From: Deltaproteobacteria bacterium
GTDB taxonomy: Bacteria > Myxococcota_A > UBA9160 > SMWR01
Direction: 5' to 3'
NCBI GenBank assembly: GCA_032128115.1
Contig: JAQBHB010000097.1
Location: 1-50,931, forward strand
DNA: 50,931 bases
This document shows, one piece after another, positions 9,075 to 18,718 of the stretch; the stretch's first letter is position 1, and each line of letters begins with the position of its first letter. The translations under genes and the position numbers were made by a program. The notes beneath the pieces are model-generated. The model ran no database searches and was not told the origin of the DNA. It saw only the letters and a program-made list of their open reading frames with translations.

Positions 9075-12000
9075 ATGACAGTCCTCCTCTTCATCACCTC
9101 CATCGCCGTGCTGGCGCTGGCCATCGGGCGCCTGGCACCCGAGCCCTGGCGAGGCCGCGGACTGAACGTCCTGAAGCTGGCAGTGACCGCTGGGGCCTTC
9201 TACCTCCTGCTCTCGCACCCGGTGGCCATGGAAGACGGCAGCCGGGTGGTGGCCCTGACGCTCGTCCGGGGCACCCTGAGCCGGATCGACGCGGGCACCT
9301 TCTGGCTCTTCTGCGGATTGGCCGCCGGCATCAAATTCATCGGCATCCTGGCCTCCATGTACCGCTGGCAGCTGCTGCTGCGCGGTCAGAACATCGAGCT
9401 TCCCTACCGCCACATCTTCGGATCGTTCCTGATCGGCCGCTTCATCGGAACCTTCCTGCCCAGCACCGCGGGGCTGGATGGCTACAAGCTCTATGACGCG
9501 TCGCGCTTCAGCGGACGCACGGTAGAGGTCACCGCCACCACCGCCCTGGAGAAGGTGCTGGGCGTGACGGGCATCTTCCTGTCGTTCCTCGTGGCCCTGC
9601 CCTTCGGGATTTCACTCTTCGGCGACAAGGCCGCACTGATCGCGGGCGTCAGCGTGCCGCTGTGCACGGGCATCATCGGCGCGCTGTTGGTCGTGTTGTG
9701 GTACCCGGTGATCTTCCAGTGGCTGCTCGAGCACCTTCCGATCCCCGGCAAGGCCCGCCTGGAAGGCCTGGTGCTGCGCATCTCCCACGCGGCGGCGGCC
9801 TACCGTCACAAGAAGAGGATCGTCGTACTGGCACTGGCGCTCTCGTTCGTCGTGCACTTCACCACGGCGGCCATGTACTGGTTCACGGCGCTGGCCATCG
9901 GCGCCTTCCACGCCGAGTTCTGGCCCACCGTGCTTGGCTCCTCGGTCCAGATCCTGGCCACCGTGCTCTCTCCCTTCACCATCGCGGGCGAGGGCATCCG
10001 CGAGGCCGCCCAGTACATGCTGCTGGGCAACGTGATCGGACCCGCCAACGCCATCGTGTCCGCAGCCCTGGGCTTCTGGTCGGCGGAAGCCCTCACCCTG
10101 GCCGGCGCCTATTTCTGGTGGGCGCGTCCCGTGAACTACCACCCCGCCTTTTGCCGCGTGGACGGCGTGCAGGTGAACTACGAAGCGGCGGCCCGGGCGG
10201 CTACAGCCCTCGAGACCGAAGAGGAGCGCGAGAGACGCCACGCCGGGCCCGCTGCCGATGCCCCGCCGCTGCTGGCGCGGGCGATGCTTTCCGGTGCCCT
10301 GGGCCTGGGCGCGGGCGTTCTGGGCGGACTCGTGATCGGCGTCGGCGAATCACTGCTGATCGCAGCGGGCGGTTTCGGCCCGGAGGCGCAGGTGCTCTGG
10401 TACGGACCCCTGGTCTACGCCGTGTTCCTCGGCGGCCTGGCGCTGGCCGGCGGCCTGGCGCTGGCGGTGCTTCCCATGGACCTGGACGAGATCCGGGGCT
10501 GGACACCTTCGCTGGCCCTGTTGGGAACATTCGTCCCGTTCGGGCTGTTCATCGTTTTCTTCCGCGTGCACCGCGATGTATTCGCCGAGCAGATGCCCTC
10601 CGCACCCTGGCTGCTGGGAATCCTGGGAGTCACGGGCATCGTGGCGCTGCTGCTCTTCTTCCTGGGGCCGCGCCTGTTCCGCGGTCGCGCCGGTGCCGTG
10701 ACACGCCCGATTCCGGCAATGATCGCCGCGGCCGTGGTGATCGCGATCGGCGCCATTGCCACGGGCGGAGTAGCCGACGGCGAGCTCGAGCAGGTGGCGC
10801 CCCCGAGCGTGCCCGCCGCACTGGCCGACCGGCCCAACGTGCTCCTGGTGATGACGGACACGCTGCGCGCCGACCAGCTGTCGTGTTACGGCGGCCCGGT
10901 GGATACCCCCGCCCTGTGCAGCCTGATGGAGAACGGCACGATCTTCGACGCCTTCTCCCACGCCTCGTGGACCAAGCCGGCGACCGCCACCCTGCTCACG
11001 TCGCTGGTGCCGTCGAGCCACGGCGCCATGTCGAAGCCGGCGGTGGTTCCCCAGCAAGTGGAGATGATCGGCGAGGTATTGCAGGGCTACGGCTACGCCA
11101 CCGGCGGAATCGTCTCGAACATCAACCTGGCGCCCAGCTTCGGCTTCGAGCAGGGCTACGACGAGTATCACTACCTCGGCCCCGACTATCTGGCGGGTGC
11201 TCTGGAGTCGTCTTCGAAGCTGATCCTCTACCAGCTGGGACGCCGCATCTACTTCAAGCTGAAGCCCGGCATGAACGTGGAGGATTCGTACCAGGACGCA
11301 GTCACCGTGAACGCGGCGGCCTTCGATTTCCTGGATCGCCACCGGGATTCGCGTTTCTTCCTGTTCCTGAACTACATGGATGCTCACGATCCCTACTTCG
11401 AGCACCCCTATAACGGGCGCGGCATCGCCCGCGCGTCGAACCAGCACCCGGAAGCGTCGCTGCGCGACGAAATGCACCGTCTCTACAAGGGCGAGATCGA
11501 GTACCTGGACCAGAACTTCGCAGTGCTGCTGGACAAGCTGCGCGAGCTGGGCATCTACGACGACACCGTGATCGCGTTGGTGGCCGACCACGGCGAGGAA
11601 TTCTACGAGCACGGTGGCTGGTGGCACGGGCTGACGCTCTACGACGAGCAGGTGCGCGTGCCCCTGGTGGTGAAGTGGGCCAAGGGCGACCGGGCCGCGT
11701 CCCCGAACCGGCGCGGTCATGTGTCGCGCCTGATCGACGTGGCCCCGACCCTGATCGCACGCACCGGTGCTGCGGTTCCCGAGGCCATGCAGGGCATCGA
11801 TCTGGCTGGCGACCCGGCGTCGCGTCTGGAGAAAGACCGGGTGCTCTTCGCCGAGGAGGACCACGAGGGCAACGTCTTGCGCGCCCTGCGCACGGCCGAC
11901 TGGAAGTGGATCGAGGCGAACCCCGGCAATCCCCGCGGCCTTCCCACCACGCAGCTGTTCCACGTGGCCGAGGACGCCGGCGAGATCCGAGACATCGCGG

Positions 12001-12149
12001 CTTCGGATGGCCGCGTCGCCGCCGACCTGCAGCGCCAGGCCGACGCCGCCGAGCAATTCGCTCTCAGCCAGTCCGCGGGCGACGGCGACGCCGCCGAGCT
12101 GAGCGAAAGCCAGGAGGACGCCCTGCGGGCACTCGGGTACATCGAGTAG
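9075..12149 (+). CDS. Fusion of a UPF0104/lysylphosphatidylglycerol-synthase-like TM domain, ~5 TM helices and a sulfatase-fold (alkaline phosphatase superfamily) domain
   Basis: N-terminal RWQLLL, FLPSTAGLDGYK, PFTIAGEGIREAA. C-terminal PNVLLVMTDTLRAD, SWTKPATATLLT, YMDAHDPY, ADHGEEFYEHG. Continuous 1024-aa ORF with GGAG SD. Confidence 0.85.
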   Translation: MTVLLFITSIAVLALAIGRLAPEPWRGRGLNVLKLAVTAGAFYLLLSHPVAMEDGSRVVALTLVRGTLSRIDAGTFWLFCGLAAGIKFIGILASMYRWQLLLRGQNIELPYRHIFGSFLIGRFIGTFLPSTAGLDGYKLYDASRFSGRTVEVTATTALEKVLGVTGIFLSFLVALPFGISLFGDKAALIAGVSVPLCTGIIGALLVVLWYPVIFQWLLEHLPIPGKARLEGLVLRISHAAAAYRHKKRIVVLALALSFVVHFTTAAMYWFTALAIGAFHAEFWPTVLGSSVQILATVLSPFTIAGEGIREAAQYMLLGNVIGPANAIVSAALGFWSAEALTLAGAYFWWARPVNYHPAFCRVDGVQVNYEAAARAATALETEEERERRHAGPAADAPPLLARAMLSGALGLGAGVLGGLVIGVGESLLIAAGGFGPEAQVLWYGPLVYAVFLGGLALAGGLALAVLPMDLDEIRGWTPSLALLGTFVPFGLFIVFFRVHRDVFAEQMPSAPWLLGILGVTGIVALLLFFLGPRLFRGRAGAVTRPIPAMIAAAVVIAIGAIATGGVADGELEQVAPPSVPAALADRPNVLLVMTDTLRADQLSCYGGPVDTPALCSLMENGTIFDAFSHASWTKPATATLLTSLVPSSHGAMSKPAVVPQQVEMIGEVLQGYGYATGGIVSNINLAPSFGFEQGYDEYHYLGPDYLAGALESSSKLILYQLGRRIYFKLKPGMNVEDSYQDAVTVNAAAFDFLDRHRDSRFFLFLNYMDAHDPYFEHPYNGRGIARASNQHPEASLRDEMHRLYKGEIEYLDQNFAVLLDKLRELGIYDDTVIALVADHGEEFYEHGGWWHGLTLYDEQVRVPLVVKWAKGDRAASPNRRGHVSRLIDVAPTLIARTGAAVPEAMQGIDLAGDPASRLEKDRVLFAEEDHEGNVLRALRTADWKWIEANPGNPRGLPTTQLFHVAEDAGEIRDIAASDGRVAADLQRQADAAEQFALSQSAGDGDAAELSESQEDALRALGYIE

Positions 12150-12255
12150 CCGCGCTCGCATGCCTCGTCGCTCTGGTATTCGCCTGCAGTACGGCTCCAG
12201 GTAGAGATGGAGGGCCCCGCGAGGATCCACTCGGCGAAGATGACAGGCCCTCCGA

Positions 12256-12639
12256 TCAGTGGATCGTGCCCGGCTCCCGTAGGACGAACTCGGCGATCTC
12301 GGCGTCGAAATGTGAGCCGTCGGCGGTCACCATCTGGTAGCTGCCGAGCATCGAACCGAACGGCGTGGGAAGCGGGCATCCGGACGTGTACTCGTAGGCC
12401 TCACCGGGTTCGAGAACCGGTTGGTCGCCGACGACGCCGGGCCCGCGCACTTCGTCGACATCGCCGTTGCCGTCTCGGATCACCCAGTGGCGCGAGAGCA
12501 GCTGCACCGTCTCATCTCCATCGTTCGAGATCTGGACCGTGTACAGGAAGAACCAGCGTCCCGGTGACGAGTGTTCCCGCGAGTAACGGGATTCTACGAA
12601 AACCCGAATCCCCTGGGTCGTGGCTTCCGAGCTCGACAT
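12256..12639 (-). CDS. apaG: ApaG (Co2+/Mg2+ efflux-associated) protein
   Basis: VQLLSRHWVI, VRGPGVVGDQPVL, YEYTSGCPLPTPFGSMLGSYQM. Confidence 0.96.
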   Translation of the reverse strand: MSSSEATTQGIRVFVESRYSREHSSPGRWFFLYTVQISNDGDETVQLLSRHWVIRDGNGDVDEVRGPGVVGDQPVLEPGEAYEYTSGCPLPTPFGSMLGSYQMVTADGSHFDAEIAEFVLREPGTIH

Positions 12640-12660
12640 GGTTCTCCCTGCGCGCCGCGG

Positions 12661-14109
12661 CTAGCGCGACGCGTGCACCGGAGGAATGCGGTCGCTGAAG
12701 GGCTGAATTGCTTCCAGTTGTGCCGCCACACGCAACAGCACATCTTCGCGGCCGCACGGAGCCACCAGCTGCGAGCCGATGGGGAGGCCGTCTTCGCTCC
12801 AGTGGAGCGGCAGCGAGATGCCCGGCTGCCCCGTCATGTTGAAGGGCGAGGTGAACACGGTGTAGGGTACCGCGCGCGCAAGCCCCGCATTGGGATCTTC
12901 GTCGGTCCCCTGGAAATGACCGAGCGCCGGCGGCGGCGCCGCACAGGTGGGCGTGAGCAGCAGGTCGAATCCGTCCTCGTACCAGCAGGCCATGCGGCGT
13001 CCGTAGGCGTGAGCGAACTCCACGGCGGCGATGTAGTCGGTAGCCGAGAAGCTGCGTCCGATCTGGGCGATGTTCCAGGTGGGCGGCTCCACGTCGGCAC
13101 GCGTCAGCGGCACGCCGAGCTTGGCGCTGACATTGTCCAGGGCGCGGGCGATCGAGGATGACACCACTGTGAGAAAGGCCTTCACCGAGGCCGGATCTTC
13201 CAGGGCCTCCGGGTGCGACACTTCCAGGTGGTGACCCGCCGACTCCAGCAGTCGGGCGGCATGCTCCGCCGCCGCGACGCACTCGGGGTGGGTGTCCATG
13301 TCCCGGGGTGCGCGGGGCATGAGTCCGATACGCAGGCGTCCGGGATCGGCGCCCACCTCTTCCGCGAAGGGACGTAGCGGGGGCGCGGCGGAATACGGGT
13401 CGCCAGGCGAAACGCCAGCGATCGAATCGAGTAGCAGCGCCGAGTCGCGAACCGTGCGGCACACGACGCCCTCGCTCGAGAAGCCCGCCCAGCGCTCTCC
13501 CAGCGCGGGACCGAACGAGCAGCGGCCGCGCGTGGGCTTGAGGCCCACCAGACCGCAGTGGTTGGCGGGAATGCGGATCGAGCCTCCGCCATCGCTGGCG
13601 TGGGCGGCGGCCACGTAGCCGGCAGCTACGGCCGCGGCCGATCCGCCACTGGATCCCCCCGGCGAGTGCGTGGTCTTCCACGGGTTGCGCGTGGGTCCGT
13701 AGGCCAGGGGCTCGGTGGTGACGGCGAGTCCCAGCTCCGGGGTGTTGGTGCGACCCAGTGAGATCAGGCCGGCCTTTCGCACGTTGGCGCCAAAGTGGGC
13801 GTCATGCGACTCGCGCCAGTCGTGGCGCTTCAGGAACTCCATTCCCGAGTGTGCGGCGTCGCCGGCTAGATAGGCGCCCAGGTCCTTCAGCAGGAAGGGC
13901 ACGCCGCGCAGGGGTCCATCGGGCAGGTCCGCCGATGCGGCGTCGGCCAGGGCCCGATCGAAGCGTCGTGTGACCACCGCCCCCAGTTCGGGGTCGAGGC
14001 GCTCGATGCGGGCGATGGCCGCCTGCACCAGCTCCAGGGGCTTCACTTCGCCGCGGCGGACGAGATCGGCCTGGGCCACTGCGTCCAGCAGGGAGAATTC
14101 GTCGCTCAT
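12661..14109 (-). CDS. Amidase (amidase-signature family)
   Basis: GVPFLLKD, GRTNTPELG, SPGGSSGGSAAAVAAG, SDGGGSIRIPA...GLVGLKPTRGR. Confidence 0.95.
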   Translation of the reverse strand: MSDEFSLLDAVAQADLVRRGEVKPLELVQAAIARIERLDPELGAVVTRRFDRALADAASADLPDGPLRGVPFLLKDLGAYLAGDAAHSGMEFLKRHDWRESHDAHFGANVRKAGLISLGRTNTPELGLAVTTEPLAYGPTRNPWKTTHSPGGSSGGSAAAVAAGYVAAAHASDGGGSIRIPANHCGLVGLKPTRGRCSFGPALGERWAGFSSEGVVCRTVRDSALLLDSIAGVSPGDPYSAAPPLRPFAEEVGADPGRLRIGLMPRAPRDMDTHPECVAAAEHAARLLESAGHHLEVSHPEALEDPASVKAFLTVVSSSIARALDNVSAKLGVPLTRADVEPPTWNIAQIGRSFSATDYIAAVEFAHAYGRRMACWYEDGFDLLLTPTCAAPPPALGHFQGTDEDPNAGLARAVPYTVFTSPFNMTGQPGISLPLHWSEDGLPIGSQLVAPCGREDVLLRVAAQLEAIQPFSDRIPPVHASR

Positions 14110-14311
14110 GGCGGGCATCCTACGGCCCACCGGCGCGCGGCGTCCATCCCAAACGCTGGTTGACGCATTCTGGAGCCGCGCGTACCCTCGGGGCCTCGGG
14201 TTCGAAAGACAGGGCGATTTCCGGCGTTTGCAGGCCCTCGGACCTCGTCCCCCACCGGGGGGCCCGTCTGGGATCCGCACCCGATCCTGCTAAGCGCCAC
14301 CGCAACGAGAG

Positions 14312-15511
14312 ATGACCATGACCAGGAGCAAGGAGCCCCGCAATCCGGGCGACTCGACCCGCGCCGTGCACGCCGGCGAGCGCGACCACCAGGCGACCCG
14401 TGCGGTCACCACTCCCATCTACCAGACCTCCACGTTCTGGTTCCGCGACTCGGAGGAGCTGAAGGCCTACCAGGAGGGCCGCTCGAAACGCGACGAATAC
14501 GGGCGCTACGGCAACCCCACATGGCGCGCCGTGGAGCGCAAGATCTGCGAGTTCGAGGGTGCCGAGGAGACGGTGCTGTTCGCCTCGGGCATGTGCGCCG
14601 CCACCACCTTGTTCCTGGCGCTGTTGCCCCAGGGCTCGCACATGGTGATCACCAGCGAGTGCTATCGACGCACCCGGCAGTTCATCCGCGAGTACCTGTC
14701 GAAGCTCGGGGTCGAGGCCACGGTGATCGAGCCGGCCGACATCAAGCAACTGTCCGACGCCATCCGGGACGACACGGTGTTGTTCTTCACCGAGTCGCCG
14801 ACGAATCCCTACCTGCGGGTGATCGACCTGCCCGAAGCCGCGCGCGCGGCCCACGCCCGGGGCGTCAAGGTGGTGATCGATTCCACCTTCGCCTCGCCCA
14901 TCAATCACCGGCCCCTGGACGACGGCGCCGACCTGGTGATCCACAGCGCCACCAAGTATCTGGGCGGTCACAACGATCTGCTGTGCGGCGTGGCCGCGGG
15001 TTCGTCGCAAATCGTGGGGCCGGTGCGCAAGGCGGTGGGTGTGCTTGGCGGCGTCACGGACGCCAACTCGGCCTGGCTGCTGCTGCGCGGGCTCAAGACC
15101 CTGGCCCTTCGGATGGAGCGTCACAACCACAACGCCCAGACCCTGGCCCGCTGGCTCGAGGGTCACTCGCGGGTACGACGGGTGTGGTACCCGGGCCTTC
15201 CGAGCCACCCGGACCATGCGGTGGCCCGCCGACTCATGAAGGGCTTCGGGGGGGTCGTGACGTTCGAGGTGGAGGCGGATCTGGACGGCACCTGCCGCTT
15301 CATCGACGCCTGTCGCATTCCGTACCTCGCACCCAGCCTGGGCGGCGCCGAGTCGCTGATCGAGATGCCGGCGATCATGAGTTTCTGGGACCAGACGCCC
15401 GAGCAGCGCCAGGAACTCGGCATTACAGACTCGCTGGTGCGCCTGTCGTGTGGGATCGAAGACGCGGACGACCTGATCGCCGACCTGGACCGGGCCCTCG
15501 AGGCGATCTAG
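14312..15511 (+). CDS. metB: PLP-dependent transsulfuration enzyme, cystathionine gamma-synthase-like (plant-type signature)
   Basis: EYGRYGNPT, FASGMCA, CYRRTR, FFTESPTNP, HSATKYLGGHND (PLP lysine), APSLGGAESLI, PAIMSFWD. Confidence 0.85.
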   Translation: MTMTRSKEPRNPGDSTRAVHAGERDHQATRAVTTPIYQTSTFWFRDSEELKAYQEGRSKRDEYGRYGNPTWRAVERKICEFEGAEETVLFASGMCAATTLFLALLPQGSHMVITSECYRRTRQFIREYLSKLGVEATVIEPADIKQLSDAIRDDTVLFFTESPTNPYLRVIDLPEAARAAHARGVKVVIDSTFASPINHRPLDDGADLVIHSATKYLGGHNDLLCGVAAGSSQIVGPVRKAVGVLGGVTDANSAWLLLRGLKTLALRMERHNHNAQTLARWLEGHSRVRRVWYPGLPSHPDHAVARRLMKGFGGVVTFEVEADLDGTCRFIDACRIPYLAPSLGGAESLIEMPAIMSFWDQTPEQRQELGITDSLVRLSCGIEDADDLIADLDRALEAI

Positions 15512-15514
15512 TCG

Positions 15515-16039
15515 CTAGAGCAGGCGGTCGCCGGTGGCGTGGGATCGCTCCATGGCCAGCAGGCGCGCCTTGAGTTCGAGCCCGCCGCCATAGCCCCCCA
15601 GCTTGCCGTCGGAAGCGATCACCCGGTGGCAGGGCACCACGATCGAGATGGGATTGGCGCCGTTGGCCGCACCCACGGCGCGAACCGCCCGCGGCCGGCC
15701 CACGGCGCGCGCCACTTCCTGGTAGCTGCGGGTCTCTCCGTAGGGAATCGTCTGCAACTCGGCCCAGACGCGCATCTGGAAGGGCGTGCCTCGCAGGTCC
15801 AGGGCAAGGTCGAACGCCGCTCGCTTCCCCTCGAAGAACTCGATCAGCTGGGAGAAGGCGGCGCGGTTGGGCGCGAAGGCCCCGCTCACCTCGGCTCCCG
15901 GGGCGCAGCGGCGAAGCCAGTCGTCCAGGCCCCAGCCGCTGGGGTGCGGGAGCTCCACGTAGGCGAGGCCCTTCCGCGTCGTCGCGATGCGGCAGATTCC
16001 GATGGGGGTGTCGCTCTCGGCAGTGTGGACGATCTCCAT
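15515..16039 (-). CDS. ogt: Methylated-DNA--protein-cysteine methyltransferase
   Basis: GTPFQMRVW, IPYGETRSY, AVRAVGAANGANP, PCHRV active site. Confidence 0.95.
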   Translation of the reverse strand: MEIVHTAESDTPIGICRIATTRKGLAYVELPHPSGWGLDDWLRRCAPGAEVSGAFAPNRAAFSQLIEFFEGKRAAFDLALDLRGTPFQMRVWAELQTIPYGETRSYQEVARAVGRPRAVRAVGAANGANPISIVVPCHRVIASDGKLGGYGGGLELKARLLAMERSHATGDRLL

Positions 16040-16097
16040 CGCGCCGTCACAATACCACCTACCCCCTGACGCGCCGAATCCGACCGAGGTCCCACTC

Positions 16098-17084
16098 ATG
16101 GCCCACCTGCTCGTTACCGGCGGTGCCGGTTACATCGGCTGCCACGCGCTGCGCGCGCTCGAGCGCGCGGGACACACCGCCGTGGTGCTGGACAACCTGA
16201 GCTCTGGCAACGGCTCCCTGGTGGGAAGCGCGCCGCTGGTGTGCGCGGACGTAAACGATCGCCAGGCCCTGGTGACCGCATTCGAAGAGCGCGGCCCCTT
16301 CGACGGTGTGTTGCACTTCGCGTCTCTGATCGCTGCGGGCGAGTCGATGGAAAATCCACTTCGGTACTACGTCAACAACGTGGGTGGTTCGGCCAACCTG
16401 CTGGACGTGGCTCTGGCCCACGATGTCCGGGCCTTCGTGCTGTCTTCCTCGGCGGCGGTCTACGGCCACCCGACGCAGCAGCCCATTCCCGAGGACGCGC
16501 CCCTTCTACCCATCAATCCCTACGGCGCCTCCAAGTGGATGGTGGAGCGCATGCTGGTCGACGCCGAGCGCGCCGAGGGCCTGCGCTGGGCCGCCCTGCG
16601 CTACTTCAACGCCGCAGGTGCCCACCCCGACGGCGACCTGGGCGAATGCCACGACCCGGAGACCCACCTGATTCCGGTGGCGCTGGAGGTGGCCTGCGGC
16701 CTGCGCGAGACGCTTTCGCTCTTCGGCAGCGACTATCCCACCCCCGACGGCACCTGCGTGCGCGACTACATCCATGTGGCCGATCTGGCGGATGCCCACG
16801 TGTTGGCCGTGGAGGCCCTGTTGGAGGGCCGCAACCTGGGTGCGCGCAACCTGGGCACCGGAGTCGGCCACTCGAATCGAGAGGTTTTGGCGGCCGTCGA
16901 GCGCGTGGTGGGCCGTCCGGTACCCGTGCGCGACGCCCCCAGGCGGCCCGGCGACTCTCCGGAGCTGCGCGCCGACCCGCGCCGCTTCCGCGCCGAGACG
17001 GGCTGGGAGCCGCAGCTCTCGGACCTGGATACGCTGGTGGAGTCGGCCTGGCGCTGGCTCCGACGCTGGAAGGGAATCGCCTGA
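16098..17084 (+). CDS. galE: UDP-glucose 4-epimerase
   Basis: VTGGAGYIG, SSSAAVYG, PYGASK, LRYFNAAGA, DGTCVRDYIHV. Confidence 0.95.
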   Translation: MAHLLVTGGAGYIGCHALRALERAGHTAVVLDNLSSGNGSLVGSAPLVCADVNDRQALVTAFEERGPFDGVLHFASLIAAGESMENPLRYYVNNVGGSANLLDVALAHDVRAFVLSSSAAVYGHPTQQPIPEDAPLLPINPYGASKWMVERMLVDAERAEGLRWAALRYFNAAGAHPDGDLGECHDPETHLIPVALEVACGLRETLSLFGSDYPTPDGTCVRDYIHVADLADAHVLAVEALLEGRNLGARNLGTGVGHSNREVLAAVERVVGRPVPVRDAPRRPGDSPELRADPRRFRAETGWEPQLSDLDTLVESAWRWLRRWKGIA

Positions 17085-17112
17085 CACCCGGTCCGTTCAA
17101 GAGACGGGCCGT

Positions 17113-18600
17113 TCAGGTGAGTCCGAGCCGCTTCATCATCTTCTGGAGCGACTGGCGCGGAATCCCCAGTTTCGCAGACGCCCGGGTCTTGCTCCCGGTC
17201 TCGCGGATCGCGTCGGCGATCATACGCCGCTTGAGGGCGTCCACCGCCCCGTTCAGCGACGACTCGACGGGGCCCGCATCGCCGGGAACCTCAGCCGGGG
17301 CGCCCGGCTGACGCAGGTGCTCCGAGAGCATATCGACGGTGACCGTGTCCGCGTCACCCGCCAGGGCCACGATGCGCTCCAGCTCGTTCTCGAGTTCGCG
17401 CACGTTGCCGGTCCACTCTGCACGTATCAGGCGATCCATGGCCGCGTTGGTAAAACCCTGGACCTTGCGGTTCATCTTGCGGTTGGCAAAGTCGAGAAAG
17501 TGGTGCGCCAGCATCGGGATGTCCGAGCGCCGTTCGCGCAGGGGCGGAAGATGCAGCTCCACCACGCGCAAGCGGTAGTAGAGGTCCTCGCGGAACCGGC
17601 CCTCTTCCACGTCCTGGCGCAGGTTGCGGTTCGTCGCGGCGATCACCCGCGCGTCGACGGTCCGGGTCTCCGATGAGCCCAGGGGCCGGATCTCCCCGTC
17701 CTGGAGCACGCGCAACAGGCGCACCTGCATGCCCGGATGCGTCTCGCCCACCTCGTCCAGGAAGATGGTGCCCCGGTGGGCTACCTCGAACAGGCCCTTC
17801 TTGTCGGCGTGTGCGCCGGTGAAGGCGCCACGCTTGTGTCCGAACAGCTCGCTCTCCAACAGGGTGTCGGGCAGGGCGGCGCAGTTCTGGGCCACGAAAC
17901 GGGCGGCCTTGCGCCGGCCACAGTAGTGGACCGCGCGCGCCACCAGGTCCTTGCCGGTGCCCGTCTCCCCCGTGATCAGCAGCGAGGCATCGGTCTCCGC
18001 CACCTTCTCCATCACCTCGAACACGCGTTCCATGGCGGGACTCGATCCGATGATCTGGTCGAAGGCGTACCGGCGCTCCACCTCGCGGCGCAGGAAGAGG
18101 TTCTCGGCGCGCAGCCGCTCGTTGGCCTCGGCCAGGGCGGCCGCCAACTGGGTGTTCTCGGTAGTCAGCTCGTAGGTCTCGAGTGCGCGCTTTACGATGA
18201 GCCGCACCTCGTCGGGCTCCCAGGGCTTGGCCACGTAGCGGTAGATGCGGCCCTCGTTGATGGCCCGGGTGAGCGACCCCAGATCCGAGTAGCCGGTGAG
18301 CAGCAGCCGGATGGCCCGGGGATTGCGCTCGATGGCCTTCTCGAGAAACTCGACGCCGCTCATGGAAGGCATCACCTGATCGACGATCATCAGCGCGATC
18401 TCTTCGCGCTCGAGGATCTCCAGGCCCTCCGGGCCGTTGGCCGCCGCATAGATCCGGTAGTCGGAGCCCAGGGTGAGTTCCAGGGATTCCAGGATGGCCG
18501 GCTCGTCGTCGACCAGCAGGATCCCAAAGGGGCCGCCGCCGGGTTGGCGGCGCGCTCCCTGGATCGATCCGGTGCTGATGGGATCCGGGTCGTCGCTCAC
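17113..18600 (-). CDS. Sigma-54-dependent response regulator (NtrC family: REC + AAA+ + Fis HTH)
   Basis: LLVDDEP...DQVMP receiver, GETGTGKD, ESELFGHKRGAFTGA, FLDEVGE, FREDLYYRL, WTGNVRELEN. Confidence 0.95.
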   Translation of the reverse strand: MSDDPDPISTGSIQGARRQPGGGPFGILLVDDEPAILESLELTLGSDYRIYAAANGPEGLEILEREEIALMIVDQVMPSMSGVEFLEKAIERNPRAIRLLLTGYSDLGSLTRAINEGRIYRYVAKPWEPDEVRLIVKRALETYELTTENTQLAAALAEANERLRAENLFLRREVERRYAFDQIIGSSPAMERVFEVMEKVAETDASLLITGETGTGKDLVARAVHYCGRRKAARFVAQNCAALPDTLLESELFGHKRGAFTGAHADKKGLFEVAHRGTIFLDEVGETHPGMQVRLLRVLQDGEIRPLGSSETRTVDARVIAATNRNLRQDVEEGRFREDLYYRLRVVELHLPPLRERRSDIPMLAHHFLDFANRKMNRKVQGFTNAAMDRLIRAEWTGNVRELENELERIVALAGDADTVTVDMLSEHLRQPGAPAEVPGDAGPVESSLNGAVDALKRRMIADAIRETGSKTRASAKLGIPRQSLQKMMKRLGLT

Positions 18601-18718
18601 GAGCTGGTTCCAGCGTCCTGAAGGGGCGTCAGGCGCCAGGATAGCCCGTAGCGCCGCAATTTGCGGCAGCTTTGGCCGGTCCGGCGGGAGACCCGCCGGA
18701 CCGGCCCTCGCTGGGCAA

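Noticed and set aside
14110..14311. Possible SAM/SAH riboswitch or tRNA fragment (GGTTCGAA at ~14199) upstream of the CGS gene
   Set aside because: No recognisable riboswitch core, and no T-stem closure or cloverleaf.
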